A DNA stretch of 64,000 nucleotides from Minisyncoccota bacterium (GTDB lineage: Bacteria; Patescibacteriota; Minisyncoccia; Phycocordibacterales; JBAZVT01). A model generated the notes under the pieces. That model had not been told where the DNA came from and searched no databases. It saw only the letters and a program-made list of their open reading frames with translations. Positions within the stretch are counted from its first letter, which is position 1, and every line of letters begins with the position of its first letter. Location of the stretch: contig JBAZVT010000001.1 in the NCBI GenBank assembly GCA_041660745.1, positions 4,377-68,376 on the forward strand. Direction: 5' to 3'. The translations under genes were made by a program, and so were the position numbers. Positions 37,196-47,989 of this stretch are shown here, in pieces.

Positions 37196-37664
37196 ATTGC
37201 TTTGGATGGCGGCAAAATCCGGTGTGCCATTAGTAAGCAGCGGTACTACGGCCTAGCTATTGTTACAAAAAACCATAAAGACCCATAGTCCCACGATAAG
37301 CTGTTGCATTACTTCCCCCATTAGTTTTAGGCTTAGGCCAAATCGACAAACTCCTAAAAGGAGCCGATAACACTTACACTACCTTGTCTTTTAAGCGGAT
37401 GTTAACAATTGATTGTGAATATTTTGTGACAGAAATCACATTTTTCTTTGTCTTAGATACCTAGCCGCAGAGGCTTGCCATCGAAAATCCACAAACTGCA
37501 GTCAGCGTACTATCGACCAGCAATAGTCGCGACTGAAGGTGGCCAAAACTGACATTAAATTACTTAAGCAGATGTCAATCGTGAGAGTGGGGGAATATGT
37601 TGTAAATCAACGTACAAATTTTTACAGCTTTAAACACTGGATTTGATGTTTTATAAAATTATAT

Positions 37665-38640
37665 ATCGTAGAAGACTTTTGCACGGCAAGCCTCCCTAAA
37701 TTCATTAAAATACGGTAGAATATAATGATAATCAATGTATTAGGTTATCGTTCATGAGTTTTTTAGGCTTTTACATCAGCCACCGTACCCGTAAAGGTAC
37801 AACCTAAACCAAATTGACCAGTTGATTGACTGGCAGCCAGTAGAGCAGGCGATCCGGCGGCATTACGCCCCGGTTTCTGATGTCGTTGGGCGGCCGCCTA
37901 TCCCGGCCTGTTGTTGTTTAAGATGTTGCTGGTCGGGCTTTGGCACGGGGGCTTGAGCGACTAGGCGGTTGAAGACATGGCCAATGTCAACCTGCATGTT
38001 TTGTGTTTCCTGGGCTTGTCGTTGGAGGATGACGTGCCCAGGCCATTCGGTGCTGTCCCGGTTCAGGACGAAGTTGACCAAAGCACAGGCTTGGGATGGC
38101 TTGCTATCGGAAATCAACCGACAAATTGAGGGGCGAAACCTGATGGTCAAGTCGGGCAGCCACGTTGACGGCAGCAAAAAGCACCGGGATGCCTTGAAAA
38201 CACGGGGCATCAAAAACGGCATCCAGGATAAGGCTGTCAAGAACAAGCCGCTCAGCCCACGGCAACTCGCCCGCAACAAGGCCATCAGCAAAGTCCGCTT
38301 TGTGGTGGAACGCACGTTTGGTGGCCAACAGCGCTGGTTCGGTGGCAAAGTCTTGCGCTACCAGGGTTTGGCTAAAGCCCATGCCTGGCACATCCTGTTG
38401 GTAGTCGCTTAACCTGAGAAGGCTACCAAGGCTTTATGTCGAAAGCCTATTGCCAAAGTGGCCACAGGAAAAATCCGCCTAATGGCCGGAAAAGTGAAAA
38501 ATGCCCGTAAGTTGGGGTTTATTCTCCTAACCTAACGTCAATAGTTCCTGTTTTTTTCCATGATTTTGGTTTTTACAGTTTAGCCATGAAAACAGCTGGA
38601 TTTTGCAAAAGTCTCTATAAGTATTAGTTAAATGTGTTGC
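37665..38640 (+). mobile_element. Degenerate IS5-family insertion sequence (transposase pseudogene with several frameshifts/stops), copy A.
   Basis: Start MSFLGFYISHRTRKG. Then IDQLIDWQPVEQAIRRHYAPVSDVVGRPPIP, LLVGLWHGGLSD, DDVPGHSVLSRFRTKL and C-terminal RYQGLAKAHAWHILLVVA-YNLRRL, spread over three frames. Terminal sequence ...gcaaaagtctctataagtattagtt; weak match of the left end at about 37668-37690. Confidence 0.6.
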
Positions 38641-39408
38641 TATTGTCACCGGCAATGTAAAATTGACCCACCTGAGACAAAATGGCTGCTGTTAGTGATT
38701 AGCAGTGGCGGAACCTCATGTTGACTCAGGAGTTATTAGTGGACATTCATGTATTATCTTGACAGGGGTTAGCCACATCACTTCAGACTTGATTAAGGCT
38801 ATTGAAGAGCACGAAAGTGAACAATCGGAAGCTAACAATAGCGTACAGGAATACAGCATGCTACAAAAAGAAAGCAGGCAAGATTTGCTTAATTTCTTAC
38901 GGTCGTTGTAAGTTGCTAAGCATTTTGCGTTTTATCTGGGCTTTGCCAAATCAAGGGGGCCCTAAATTGAACCACTATTCATAAATCTTAATTATTTGGG
39001 GAGTGGTTTTTCTTGTGCCATAGGCATGGTTAGGGGGCACGTTTGATGACGTCATTACTAGATTGCACTAACAACATTACTTCGCATAATATGGATTATG
39101 TTAAATTTAAGGGTTTAGGCTGCCGGTGTTGCCGCAAATGTTCTGTAAGCGCCCTATAAACCACGCTATTGATTTTTAGGACTGTCAAATTCACGACATT
39201 TTGAGCTCATGTTAGGGTTCTCTCTTAGGTTGATTGATTATATCAACCTATCTTTGTGTCCATTTTCATTAGACTACTACACCTTGAAACTGGAAAATAT
39301 TCGGTGGTGATAGGTGGAAACTTTTGGATAGTGATTGACAATCTATTGATTTTTCAGCAACCAAAATTGACCTTATTTGCACTGCCCGCATCATAATTGT
39401 TATGAATG

Positions 39409-41601
39409 CTATATACTTTTAGTCCATTTTAACGCTTCATCTATATCCAAGTATAGGCTAGTATAAGTAATTCGCAGAAAATCATCTGGCAGAGCCCAGT
39501 CCCACTTTTCTCGCTGAAGATTTTTTACATTTGCTAACAAAATATCTAGTGGCGGAGGTTCATCAACTCCTGAATCAATGAGGGCATCTAGCACATTTTC
39601 AGTTGTATATTTGCCTTTCTGAACCTCTACACCAGGGCCTGCCGGCATTGCTACGAAACCTCGCTGAATCAGAAGACAAGTGATCGCCTCATTAGCGGCA
39701 TCGCCTAACCATGTCAGGATATAAACAACTTTTCCTTGATCTATAAAAAACGTATGTCCCAGATTACGGCCAATGTACCCCTGACGAGCTTCCGCCAAGA
39801 ATCGGCGGGCAACCTGATCCAGAAATATCGGCACATCATTCGATTCCAGCAGCTTTCGCATACGTTGCCGCACTTGGCTATGGGTTCGCCCTGTACCACC
39901 TGAGAATAGCGGTGGCACACCACCCGATGAACGGATAACATAAATTGTTTTCTGAGACTCATTAATGCCTTCGACGAACCATGTTTTGCCAGCAAATAAA
40001 ATCCTCTGTCCTATGGTTAACATTTGAGAAATCGGGATAGTTCCAAGAGTCTTTCCATTGGCGACCACGCGAAATTCTTCATCAATTACGAATGCCGCGT
40101 AAAAGGTATAGTGGTTTACTAATTTTTCGCCGACACAGCCATGTAATATCACTCCGGAAGAATCTTGGGTCAAAAGCTCATTCTGTCCAAGGTGCTTAAC
40201 CAAGATCATGAAATTTTCCTTCGAAACGCCAAAAAACGGCGCCTTTTCTGTACATAGCAGCATATAAAGCTGACTAATCGTTGCCCCACCATATTGAGCG
40301 ATCACTGATAACATCTGCTGAACAAGCGTTGATAGATGAGCACCATTTGTTACAGGAGGCTCAAACCAACCTTCTAGCAACAAACTGATCATCGCTATTG
40401 TTTCGATAGTTTCAAGGCGTAATTCAGTTGAAAGCGATGCATGCCCTCCTAACGCATCTTCGATGCAATAACTACGCAGAATGGCGGGCTCCCCCTTTCT
40501 ACGCCCGGAGCGTCCGAGACGTTGACGTAAGCTGGCGACCGATGGCGGAGAGCCAATTTGCGCGACGCTTTTGACTGCGCCAATATCAATGCCCAGTTCA
40601 AGTGTGTTAGTGCAGATAGCTGTTGCAGGAATGTTTTTCTGTTTCAAAGCAGTTTCGGTTTCACTGCGAATTTCTTTCGACAAACTGCCGTGATGAGGCC
40701 AAAACTCGTTAGGAACCTGTTGCTGCTGGCATAATTTGTTTAATAAATGGGTGAAGCGTTCTACTTCCCGCCGTGAGTTTGGAAAAATGAGATTGTTTGA
40801 TCCACGCAGAAACTTGAACAGATGGGTAGCGATCAAACTAGGTGTCGTTGGCTCCCGCTCCGCATTTTCATCATTTTCTGATCGTATCACCAGTGGCTCT
40901 TCATAGCCTTTCAATAGAATTTTAAGTTCCGAACTTGATAAGCTTGATTCTACAATCGCCACTGATGCACCTTCACCAGAACGTAGAAACTCGGCAGCGA
41001 GTTTCATATCTCCCAATGTTGCAGAAAGGCCAATTCGTGGCACTTTACGTCCAACGACCTGTTCAATACGATACATTAAGGATTGAAGCTGCTTTCCTCG
41101 TTCTGATCCAATAAAAGCATGAAGTTCATCAACTACAAAATATCTAGAACGGTCAAAAATAGTGCCGACGGATGTTCCCCGATTGCAAAGCATAGCTTCT
41201 AGAGACTCAGGGGTAATGAGCAATATACCGTTACGTTTGCTAAGAAACCGAGTCTTTATGGTGGAGGATACATCCCCGTGCCAAGGCCAGACCGGAATAT
41301 CCAATTGCTCACACAATCGATCAAACCGATCGAACTGATCGTTGATAAGCGCCTTTAATGGACTGATATAAACAATAAGACCCGGCTCATCAAGCTGCAA
41401 CATATGGGTTAACGCCGGCAAAAAGGCAGCCTCTGTTTTGCCCATTGCGGTGGGTGCCGCAACAATAACATCTCGATCTGCTTTAAGGATTAAAGGTATA
41501 GCAGCCTCTTGGGCATCTCGTAATGACTCCCAACCCTCTGCCCAGATAAATCGCCGAATCCGTTCGTCTAGCTGATAAAAAGAGGTGCTGGATTCAGTCA
41601 T
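39409..41601 (-). CDS. Lhr-like DEAD/DEAH-box (SF2) helicase; SngC-like component of a Shango-like module.
   Basis: 730 aa. Motif I AAPTAMGKTEAAFLPAL, motif II VVDELHAF, SAT, LELGIDIG, QRLGRSGRR; long C-terminal extension. About 45% GC. Confidence 0.7.
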   Translation of the reverse strand: MTESSTSFYQLDERIRRFIWAEGWESLRDAQEAAIPLILKADRDVIVAAPTAMGKTEAAFLPALTHMLQLDEPGLIVYISPLKALINDQFDRFDRLCEQLDIPVWPWHGDVSSTIKTRFLSKRNGILLITPESLEAMLCNRGTSVGTIFDRSRYFVVDELHAFIGSERGKQLQSLMYRIEQVVGRKVPRIGLSATLGDMKLAAEFLRSGEGASVAIVESSLSSSELKILLKGYEEPLVIRSENDENAEREPTTPSLIATHLFKFLRGSNNLIFPNSRREVERFTHLLNKLCQQQQVPNEFWPHHGSLSKEIRSETETALKQKNIPATAICTNTLELGIDIGAVKSVAQIGSPPSVASLRQRLGRSGRRKGEPAILRSYCIEDALGGHASLSTELRLETIETIAMISLLLEGWFEPPVTNGAHLSTLVQQMLSVIAQYGGATISQLYMLLCTEKAPFFGVSKENFMILVKHLGQNELLTQDSSGVILHGCVGEKLVNHYTFYAAFVIDEEFRVVANGKTLGTIPISQMLTIGQRILFAGKTWFVEGINESQKTIYVIRSSGGVPPLFSGGTGRTHSQVRQRMRKLLESNDVPIFLDQVARRFLAEARQGYIGRNLGHTFFIDQGKVVYILTWLGDAANEAITCLLIQRGFVAMPAGPGVEVQKGKYTTENVLDALIDSGVDEPPPLDILLANVKNLQREKWDWALPDDFLRITYTSLYLDIDEALKWTKSI

Positions 41602-41631
41602 TATTCTCAGAGGATTTAGCAGGTGGCTAAA

Positions 41632-42936
41632 TTACATTTTGAACGAAGCGAAATCTTCGTCATCGTTAGCATCCATCATCAGCTCAACGGTACCACCTGT
41701 GTCTGCAATAACCTCTATTCCTCCGAGTAACTCTTGCCACGAAACTCCAGCGTTTTGTTCCAACACAGCTAACAAATTGATAAAGGTAGTAATCGTTGTG
41801 CGAGGCGTCCGAAAATATGCATCTCCTATGCGCTTCGAACAGTGCTCCATGAAACTATAAATGCCTTGTTCAGGCAGAAGATACTTGGTTTTGTCACCTG
41901 AAGCATATACATGGCATATTTTCTGTAACAACACATAGAAATCCTCTGGTGTCAGGCTTGAAAGCCGAACTACCGGTCCGCTGAAATCAACCAAACCACC
42001 CGAGGCGAAGGTATTTTGTGACAGGCGACTTTGTAGTGCCGGGTAACTATAGAGACCCCGGCGAGTATCCAGCAGAAACTCAGGAGTACCTCCCAGGACG
42101 AAACCAAGTCCAACCGCCGTACCCTGCAAAGAATCATTTAAAATCCGCAGAATTTGCTCATAATTAGCGTTGCGGGCTTGTGTATTTGCTAGTTTGTATA
42201 GGTTGACAAGCTCATCCAGACTGACCAGTAGTCCTGAGAAACCCGCAAGACGGACAAAGCGTGCTAATAGCTTCAATTGATCATAGACTGCCGCATCATC
42301 GACAATAGTCCGAACACCGAGCGCCTGTTTTGCATCGGTCTTGGTCGAAAACTCACCTCGCAGCCAACGCACAGCGTCAGATTTGAGCTGTTCATTACCT
42401 TCCTCAAAACCCCGGCAGTATGCTGCAATAACATCAGCAAAGTCATAGCCATTAACCAGCTCAGTCAAATGGTCAAGCTTTTGCCGGATAACGACTTCAG
42501 TTGATACGTCGGCTGTCTTGGCTTCGGCTTTGGCTGTGGAGATGAATTTCTCGACGATACCACCCAATGCGCCACCGTCCGGCTTAGTTCGTGTAGATAG
42601 ATTACGCATCAATTCGGCATAAAGAGATCTAGCCTGCCCGCCACTGGCATGCAAACGTCGATCAGGATTCAGGTCTGCACTTGCAACGACAAGCTTTTTC
42701 TCCAACGCTACTGCGCGCACCAAATTCAGAAAGAATGTTTTGCCTGCCCCATATTCACCGATAACCATACGGAAAGCCGAGCCATCGTCAGAAATTCGGT
42801 CGATATCGCCGAGAATTGTCTCGATTTCAGAGGTGCGGCCGACTTGAATCAGGTGTTGGCCTATCCGTGGCACTACACCCGCTCGCAGGGATTGAATTAC
42901 GGCGTCGCGGTCCTTCGTGCGGATGGTCGTTGTCAT
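41632..42936 (-). CDS. P-loop ATPase (DUF2791-like); SngB-like component.
   Basis: 434 aa. Walker A GEYGAGKTFFLNL, Walker B LLVSLDE. Start overlaps the upstream gene's stop (ATGA). Confidence 0.6.
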   Translation of the reverse strand: MTTTIRTKDRDAVIQSLRAGVVPRIGQHLIQVGRTSEIETILGDIDRISDDGSAFRMVIGEYGAGKTFFLNLVRAVALEKKLVVASADLNPDRRLHASGGQARSLYAELMRNLSTRTKPDGGALGGIVEKFISTAKAEAKTADVSTEVVIRQKLDHLTELVNGYDFADVIAAYCRGFEEGNEQLKSDAVRWLRGEFSTKTDAKQALGVRTIVDDAAVYDQLKLLARFVRLAGFSGLLVSLDELVNLYKLANTQARNANYEQILRILNDSLQGTAVGLGFVLGGTPEFLLDTRRGLYSYPALQSRLSQNTFASGGLVDFSGPVVRLSSLTPEDFYVLLQKICHVYASGDKTKYLLPEQGIYSFMEHCSKRIGDAYFRTPRTTITTFINLLAVLEQNAGVSWQELLGGIEVIADTGGTVELMMDANDDEDFASFKM

Positions 42937-45308
42937 GCTTCAATTTTCTCCAGAATTTCGGGATTGACTTCGATTAGGTCATCGCCCTCGGTGAACGGAA
43001 TATCGTGCGTATTGAATGCAGCTTCGTTGATATGTTCAAGTGCGCCATCAAGCATTAAGTCGAGATCAGCTGCTAAATCTAACAATTCCTCCCGACTCCA
43101 TTCAGGCCGAGATAAAAGCATTCTGGCAAAAGCAGTATGAGCAGCATCCAGACCTAGGATGCCATCAGAAATCAATTCGGTTTCAACTACAATCTCTGGA
43201 AGTTGTATAGCAACGCCTTCCTCATCATTGAAAATATTCGCTAACAGTTTCGAAACTCTTTCAGTGTCCTGCTGTAAAGAGGCAATACGTGAAGAATCAA
43301 GTTTAAAGCCAGATTCTTCAATGGCAGTTGCCTTTGCAACAGTTAGCTTAGTACCAGAAGCTACCGCGTGGATGTCGCTGAAGACCTTATTAGTGTCAAC
43401 ACCGAGGACTTTGTAAACCTTTTCCAGGATTTTTACTTCGTCAGGCGCTACTGTTCCATCTGACTGCGCTACAGTTGCCATGAATGCTGCAATCGATTCT
43501 CTGGTTGAGACATCAAGCGGTTCAAGCTTCTTTTTCAAGGAGGTTAACGAAACCGGCTCCGTTACAAGTAGACGCAAATGAGCCAGCAAACGACTAATAT
43601 GGTTAGGCAAAAGGTGTGACCATGATCGCACCTCGTCACTCAAATGGTTTAATTCACTGGCACTAAATTCCCCATCGGCTACAGCTACAGCCGATGCCAG
43701 CTGAATGGTTAAAAGCGCGGCCTGATAAGCGGGCGTCTCAAGAGTATCCAGATGATCAGATCGCATGCTGAAAAGTACCAAGCTGTCTGTGGGCTTGGGA
43801 AGCTTGGCGCCTCCAAGCATATTTGGCTCGATACCGATGTTTATGGCCTCTAAGGCTCGACCTAGCATAAGCGTCTTGTCTCTGGTAAGAATCGAATTCG
43901 CTCCTAATGTTGACAATAGTTCTTGGAAGGACATGATGACCATATCGCTGTCTACCCTTGTTTTGATCGCTTGTAAGTTTTTCTGGGCGTCTTCGGGCCA
44001 GAGCTCCATTGGAAGTTGTAACAAAGCTTCCAGTGAAGTCTCTGCATTATTGTGCTTACCGAGATAGCGACTATAGGGTTCCAATTCTTTAGTGGTGACT
44101 TCCATGATTTGCTGAAGCTTCTTGAGTGGTACAGTCAAGGCTGTCACATCAGGCGTTTCACCAAAAGTGAGTTTGATATCGTCATAACCTCGAAATCCGG
44201 CAGATGCGGGTCGGTACACGAGCTTCAATTTGGTTCGATTGCGGGGAAGTACAAAGCCCGAACCAAATGTATCCGTGTACCTTAGTTGAAAAAGTTTATC
44301 GAATTGTTCCGCACAACGTATTGCGGGAGTTCTCAAGGAAATGCTTGGCTCAAGTTTCGTCCAAGTGAGTGCTAACTGCGCCGAAATAGGTATGCCATCA
44401 ATAGCCGCCTGTCCTAGAGCAAGGCGGAGATACAGGGGGAGTTCGAAAGTTTTTGGAAACGTTGGAATTGGTTTTTCGTATAATTTATCCGGGGAATCGG
44501 CTAACGAGACCCAATTGAGTAGTTCGCTAGCATAGTGCCGGAACGAATTCGATTTCTCCCCATAAATATCCAATAAACGCCTAATCTCTTCAGCAATGAT
44601 TGGCCAATCTGTTTTTGCCTCCGTATCATTGGTTGCGTCTATAATAGCCCGGCGTTCAAGACCATAAAAAAATAGGAAGACATAACCGATCTCTGCCTCA
44701 GGATCGCGCCTTCCATCGGCTAACCAGTTCAGATAACTGCGACGAGCAGTCGAGCTAATGTCAGAATAACTTGGCCAATACCCCATCTGACTTTCTGTAT
44801 AGTTGCCCCGAGAACTCACGGATTTGGATGGATCTATTAGACATGGATCGTTGACACCAGATGGTGTCTTTAAACTTTTCCCAACGTAAATCATTCCATC
44901 GGGGATAGTAACGCCTGAGACTTTTAATGACTGACCTCTTGGAATCCAGGTCGTGGCGCCGAATCCTTTGGGGGCTGATGGAATACGAAAGGTTGAATCA
45001 GAAGAGGCAGATGTGGTCGATATACTGACAAGGCCATCGTCATCAACAAAATGGCTGGGTTGTTTAGCTTGATTCATTGAGACTGATTTTTTTGCTGTTC
45101 CACCTATATGGCTATTTTTATCGTTGAAGATGGCAGGAGGTTTTGACTTTTTATACTTCCCATATAAATAGAAAGGGAGCAAAACCACAACTATACAACC
45201 GATAGAAATCCAAACTATTTTAGGAATGGCCGCAAAAATTGCTAAAACGACAAGGACTAATGCGAAAAACGCATCGCCAGACCCCAGCTTCTTTTTCCGC
45301 CTTCCCAT
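42933..45308 (-). CDS. Membrane-anchored TerB-domain protein (TerB-N/TerB/TerB-C-like); SngA-like component.
   Basis: 791 aa. Two N-terminal TM helices (FFALVLVVLAIFAAIPKIVWISIGCIVVVLLPFYLY). TerB-like segments (ALLTIQLASAVAVADGEFSASELNHL; IAAFMATVAQSDGTVAPDEVKILEKVYKVLGV). Confidence 0.55.
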   Translation of the reverse strand: MGRRKKKLGSGDAFFALVLVVLAIFAAIPKIVWISIGCIVVVLLPFYLYGKYKKSKPPAIFNDKNSHIGGTAKKSVSMNQAKQPSHFVDDDGLVSISTTSASSDSTFRIPSAPKGFGATTWIPRGQSLKVSGVTIPDGMIYVGKSLKTPSGVNDPCLIDPSKSVSSRGNYTESQMGYWPSYSDISSTARRSYLNWLADGRRDPEAEIGYVFLFFYGLERRAIIDATNDTEAKTDWPIIAEEIRRLLDIYGEKSNSFRHYASELLNWVSLADSPDKLYEKPIPTFPKTFELPLYLRLALGQAAIDGIPISAQLALTWTKLEPSISLRTPAIRCAEQFDKLFQLRYTDTFGSGFVLPRNRTKLKLVYRPASAGFRGYDDIKLTFGETPDVTALTVPLKKLQQIMEVTTKELEPYSRYLGKHNNAETSLEALLQLPMELWPEDAQKNLQAIKTRVDSDMVIMSFQELLSTLGANSILTRDKTLMLGRALEAINIGIEPNMLGGAKLPKPTDSLVLFSMRSDHLDTLETPAYQAALLTIQLASAVAVADGEFSASELNHLSDEVRSWSHLLPNHISRLLAHLRLLVTEPVSLTSLKKKLEPLDVSTRESIAAFMATVAQSDGTVAPDEVKILEKVYKVLGVDTNKVFSDIHAVASGTKLTVAKATAIEESGFKLDSSRIASLQQDTERVSKLLANIFNDEEGVAIQLPEIVVETELISDGILGLDAAHTAFARMLLSRPEWSREELLDLAADLDLMLDGALEHINEAAFNTHDIPFTEGDDLIEVNPEILEKIEA

Positions 45309-46390
45309 CTGATGAACTCCTTAAATCCACAATAATTCAAAATAATAATCGAAAATTTTTGTCCGACGTATTCAATTCATCTATAACCAGCAGTTTGGTT
45401 GTTTAAGATCAAATTGTTTTGCATTATATATCCAACATCGGGGTTATTTAGACGATATTAAATCCTATATAATATTTGTCTGATGAGGTTTACCAAGAAC
45501 TCGTTCCAATAAACCATCGGTCGGCATCTCACCGTATCGACTTTTTAGCCGATCCTGAAGTTTCATTAAGCGCAAATTTGCAGTTCCAACCAATTGGCTG
45601 AATGTGGTGGCTCTAACACGACCATATTATCCCCTGATAGAGTCACTGACCTTCTTGTCTGTTGCAGGGGGAACGCAAGGATTTGTGCGCAAATGGGAAA
45701 TAGCGGCTATTGCCATGCGTAAAAAGCCTTTAGAATGTATTTTTCCATATTTCACATCGATCTTTGTATATTATTGAAGCGAAAGATGAATTGGCTAAAC
45801 ATGATACTTTTGTATCAAAGGCACGCAAAACGAATGAGTTTAACTACTATTGCCTAAAATCGCACGAATCCTTACCTTTATCCTTGTTCCCGCTGCTTTC
45901 AAATTCTTAGGACCGACAAATAACACAACACCTAAAAAATAACGGTTTTATAAAAATCAGCGTCCACGGGTTATTCTCTATAAATCATTTTTAATTTTTA
46001 GGGTTTTACCGCTTAAAAGGGCTATCCCCTTTAAAAGGTTAGCGTCTTGCAATTCCTTTTCTTTTGCCATTGCTTCGGCTTTCTGTTGTTTAGTTGGTCG
46101 GTTAAAAATCCAACTAAAACAACCTTTTGCTTGCTTGGTCATGCTCGTCCCCTTAATTTTGTAAAGGTTAGGGTGATCGGCGAAGCCTTCCCCCTGAAAA
46201 AATGGTTAAATATCAGCTATCCACCTCGCCCCTGGTTTTCCTGCCCCACACCGCCCGTTCAAATTTATTTCTTACAGCATGAAAGCGGTGTTGATGCTGC
46301 TGCTAAGGAATACGCTATAAAGTTCTGGAAAATTACCAAAACATCATATAAACAAGCTGTGGCAGTGAATTAAAACGGGGCGGCGGGTGT

Positions 46391-46669
46391 TTATTTAGGA
46401 AAGCTTTTATTCCACTTCCGTGAACCATGCAGAACACGAAGAACTTGTTTTAACTCTGTAGGCGACAATGAAGGTGTTGCCTTAATTACAAGCTCTCTCG
46501 TACCTTTTACTCGTCCTATCCGCCCTAATTCTGGGTATTCACCCAATAAAGTTACTTGATTGAGAATTGCCTCATAAACGGCATAAGCTGCGGTAATGCT
46601 GTCCTGTGCGATATATTCCAATACTTCGCCTATTTCTATTTCCGCTCGTTCTTTCCAGTCAATAAGCAA
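46391..46669 (-). CDS. RelE/ParE-family type II toxin.
   Basis: 92 aa, ...GEYPELGRIGRVKGTRELVI.... One-nt spacing from the upstream antitoxin gene. Confidence 0.6.
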   Translation of the reverse strand: MLIDWKERAEIEIGEVLEYIAQDSITAAYAVYEAILNQVTLLGEYPELGRIGRVKGTRELVIKATPSLSPTELKQVLRVLHGSRKWNKSFPK

Positions 46670-46671
46670 AA

Positions 46672-47013
46672 TTAGCTTTCCTTTCTCGCTTGGGTGGCTA
46701 TCTTATCCAGTCTGGCTTTAAGGTTGCCCATAACTACATCATGGGGAATAAATACCGTATTTGGTGCATCTGCTTCAATCAAGGCTTGTTCCACCTGTTC
46801 ACAAAGCCAAGCATCATGTTCAGCAGCTTCATACACTCTTTTAAGAGATTCGGCACGGTCGGGGCGTTTACGGTCTGTTTCTGCATCGTAAGCACTAGCA
46901 TCAACATCAAAATTACTAATGCCTAATTTTTTTAGATAAAGCATGACGGTTTCTAATTTACGAAACAGGCGTAATTTTCCGCTACGCTGTGCAGCAAGGA
47001 ATGTGTCAGCCAT
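46672..47013 (-). CDS. Putative antitoxin partner of the RelE/ParE toxin.
   Basis: ORF 46672..47091; start chosen at MADTF. Small acidic protein immediately upstream of the toxin. Confidence 0.45.
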   Translation of the reverse strand: MADTFLAAQRSGKLRLFRKLETVMLYLKKLGISNFDVDASAYDAETDRKRPDRAESLKRVYEAAEHDAWLCEQVEQALIEADAPNTVFIPHDVVMGNLKARLDKIATQARKES

Positions 47014-47270
47014 TCCATATTTTACCGACAATGCCCACCCGCCAGCTTGTCCGATAACATGAGCTGCATGGATAGCCCCAATTTCAACCAAGCGGGTTAA
47101 GGTGCTATGGTCAATTGTTTTGGTAGTTATAAAAATACCTCCGATATTATTGTCTAAATAATAAATTATTACCGCATTTAATAATAAAACGCAATGGCTA
47201 AAGTATTTTAGCCACCTCTGCTATAAATTTTAATATATTTTATTGTTGGCATTAGCAACACATTTAACTA

Positions 47271-47770
47271 ATACTTATAGAGACTTTTGCAAAATCCAGC
47301 TGTTTTCATGGCTAACCTGTAAAAACCAAAATCATGGAAAAAAACAGGAACTATTGACGTTAAGTTAGGAGAATAAACCCCAACTTACGGGCATTTTTCA
47401 CTTTTTCCGGCCATTAGGCCGGATTTTCCCTGTGGCCGCTTTGGCATAGGCTTTCGACATAAAGCCTTGGTAGCCTCCTCAGGTTGTAAGCGACAATCAA
47501 CGGATGTGCCAGGCATGGGCTTTAGCCAAACCCTGGTAGCGCAAGACTTTGCCACCGAACCAGCGCTGTTGGCCACCAAACGTGCGTTCCACCACAAAGC
47601 GGACTTAGCTGATGGCCTTGTTGCGGGCGAGTTGCCGTGGGCTGAGCGGCTTGTTCTTGACAGCCTTATCCTGGATGCCGTTTTTGATGCCCCGCCTTTT
47701 CAAGCGCATCCCGTTGCAAGTCCAGATTCTGATCATCAGTGGATACCCTGGCATAACCAATCAACATTTT
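47271..47770 (-). mobile_element. IS5-family remnant copy B (3' partial, inverted relative to copy A).
   Basis: Reverse complement of 47271-47520 is about 95% identical to 38400-38640, including the terminal aactaatacttatagagacttttgc. It encodes ...RFRTKL.../...YNLRRLPRLYVESLLPKWPQ. Similarity decays beyond about 47700. Confidence 0.6.
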
Positions 47771-47989
47771 TTGTTTGTCCTTTAGTCCAATAAGTCTCAA
47801 GGGCAGAGTATATTTGGAATTTGTTTTGTGCAATAGATTTATGGACTCTGGAAGCCTTATAAAACGGCGTCAGAAATTGAAAGGTTAACAAGTCCAGAAA
47901 ACGTCCGTTTTTTGGACGCTGTATTTTATTTTATGTGGTGCAAAATTGGTGCTATATTGGTGTATAATATATTTTTGAAAGGTCAGACA

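Noticed and set aside
45480-45640. Possible gene remnant upstream of the TerB gene (minus-frame ...LRLMKLQDRLKSRYGEMPTDGLLERVLGKPHQ).
   Set aside because: No start codon, no recognisable family and too short to call; it may simply be a promoter region.
46047-46373. 108-aa plus-strand ORF in the 1.1-kb gap upstream of the Shango-like module.
   Set aside because: Hydrophobic, low-complexity translation with no start context. A shorter minus-strand frame (about 46025-46135, MTKQAKGCFSWIFNRPTKQQKAEAMAKEKELQD...) is at least as plausible. Neither can be supported from sequence alone.
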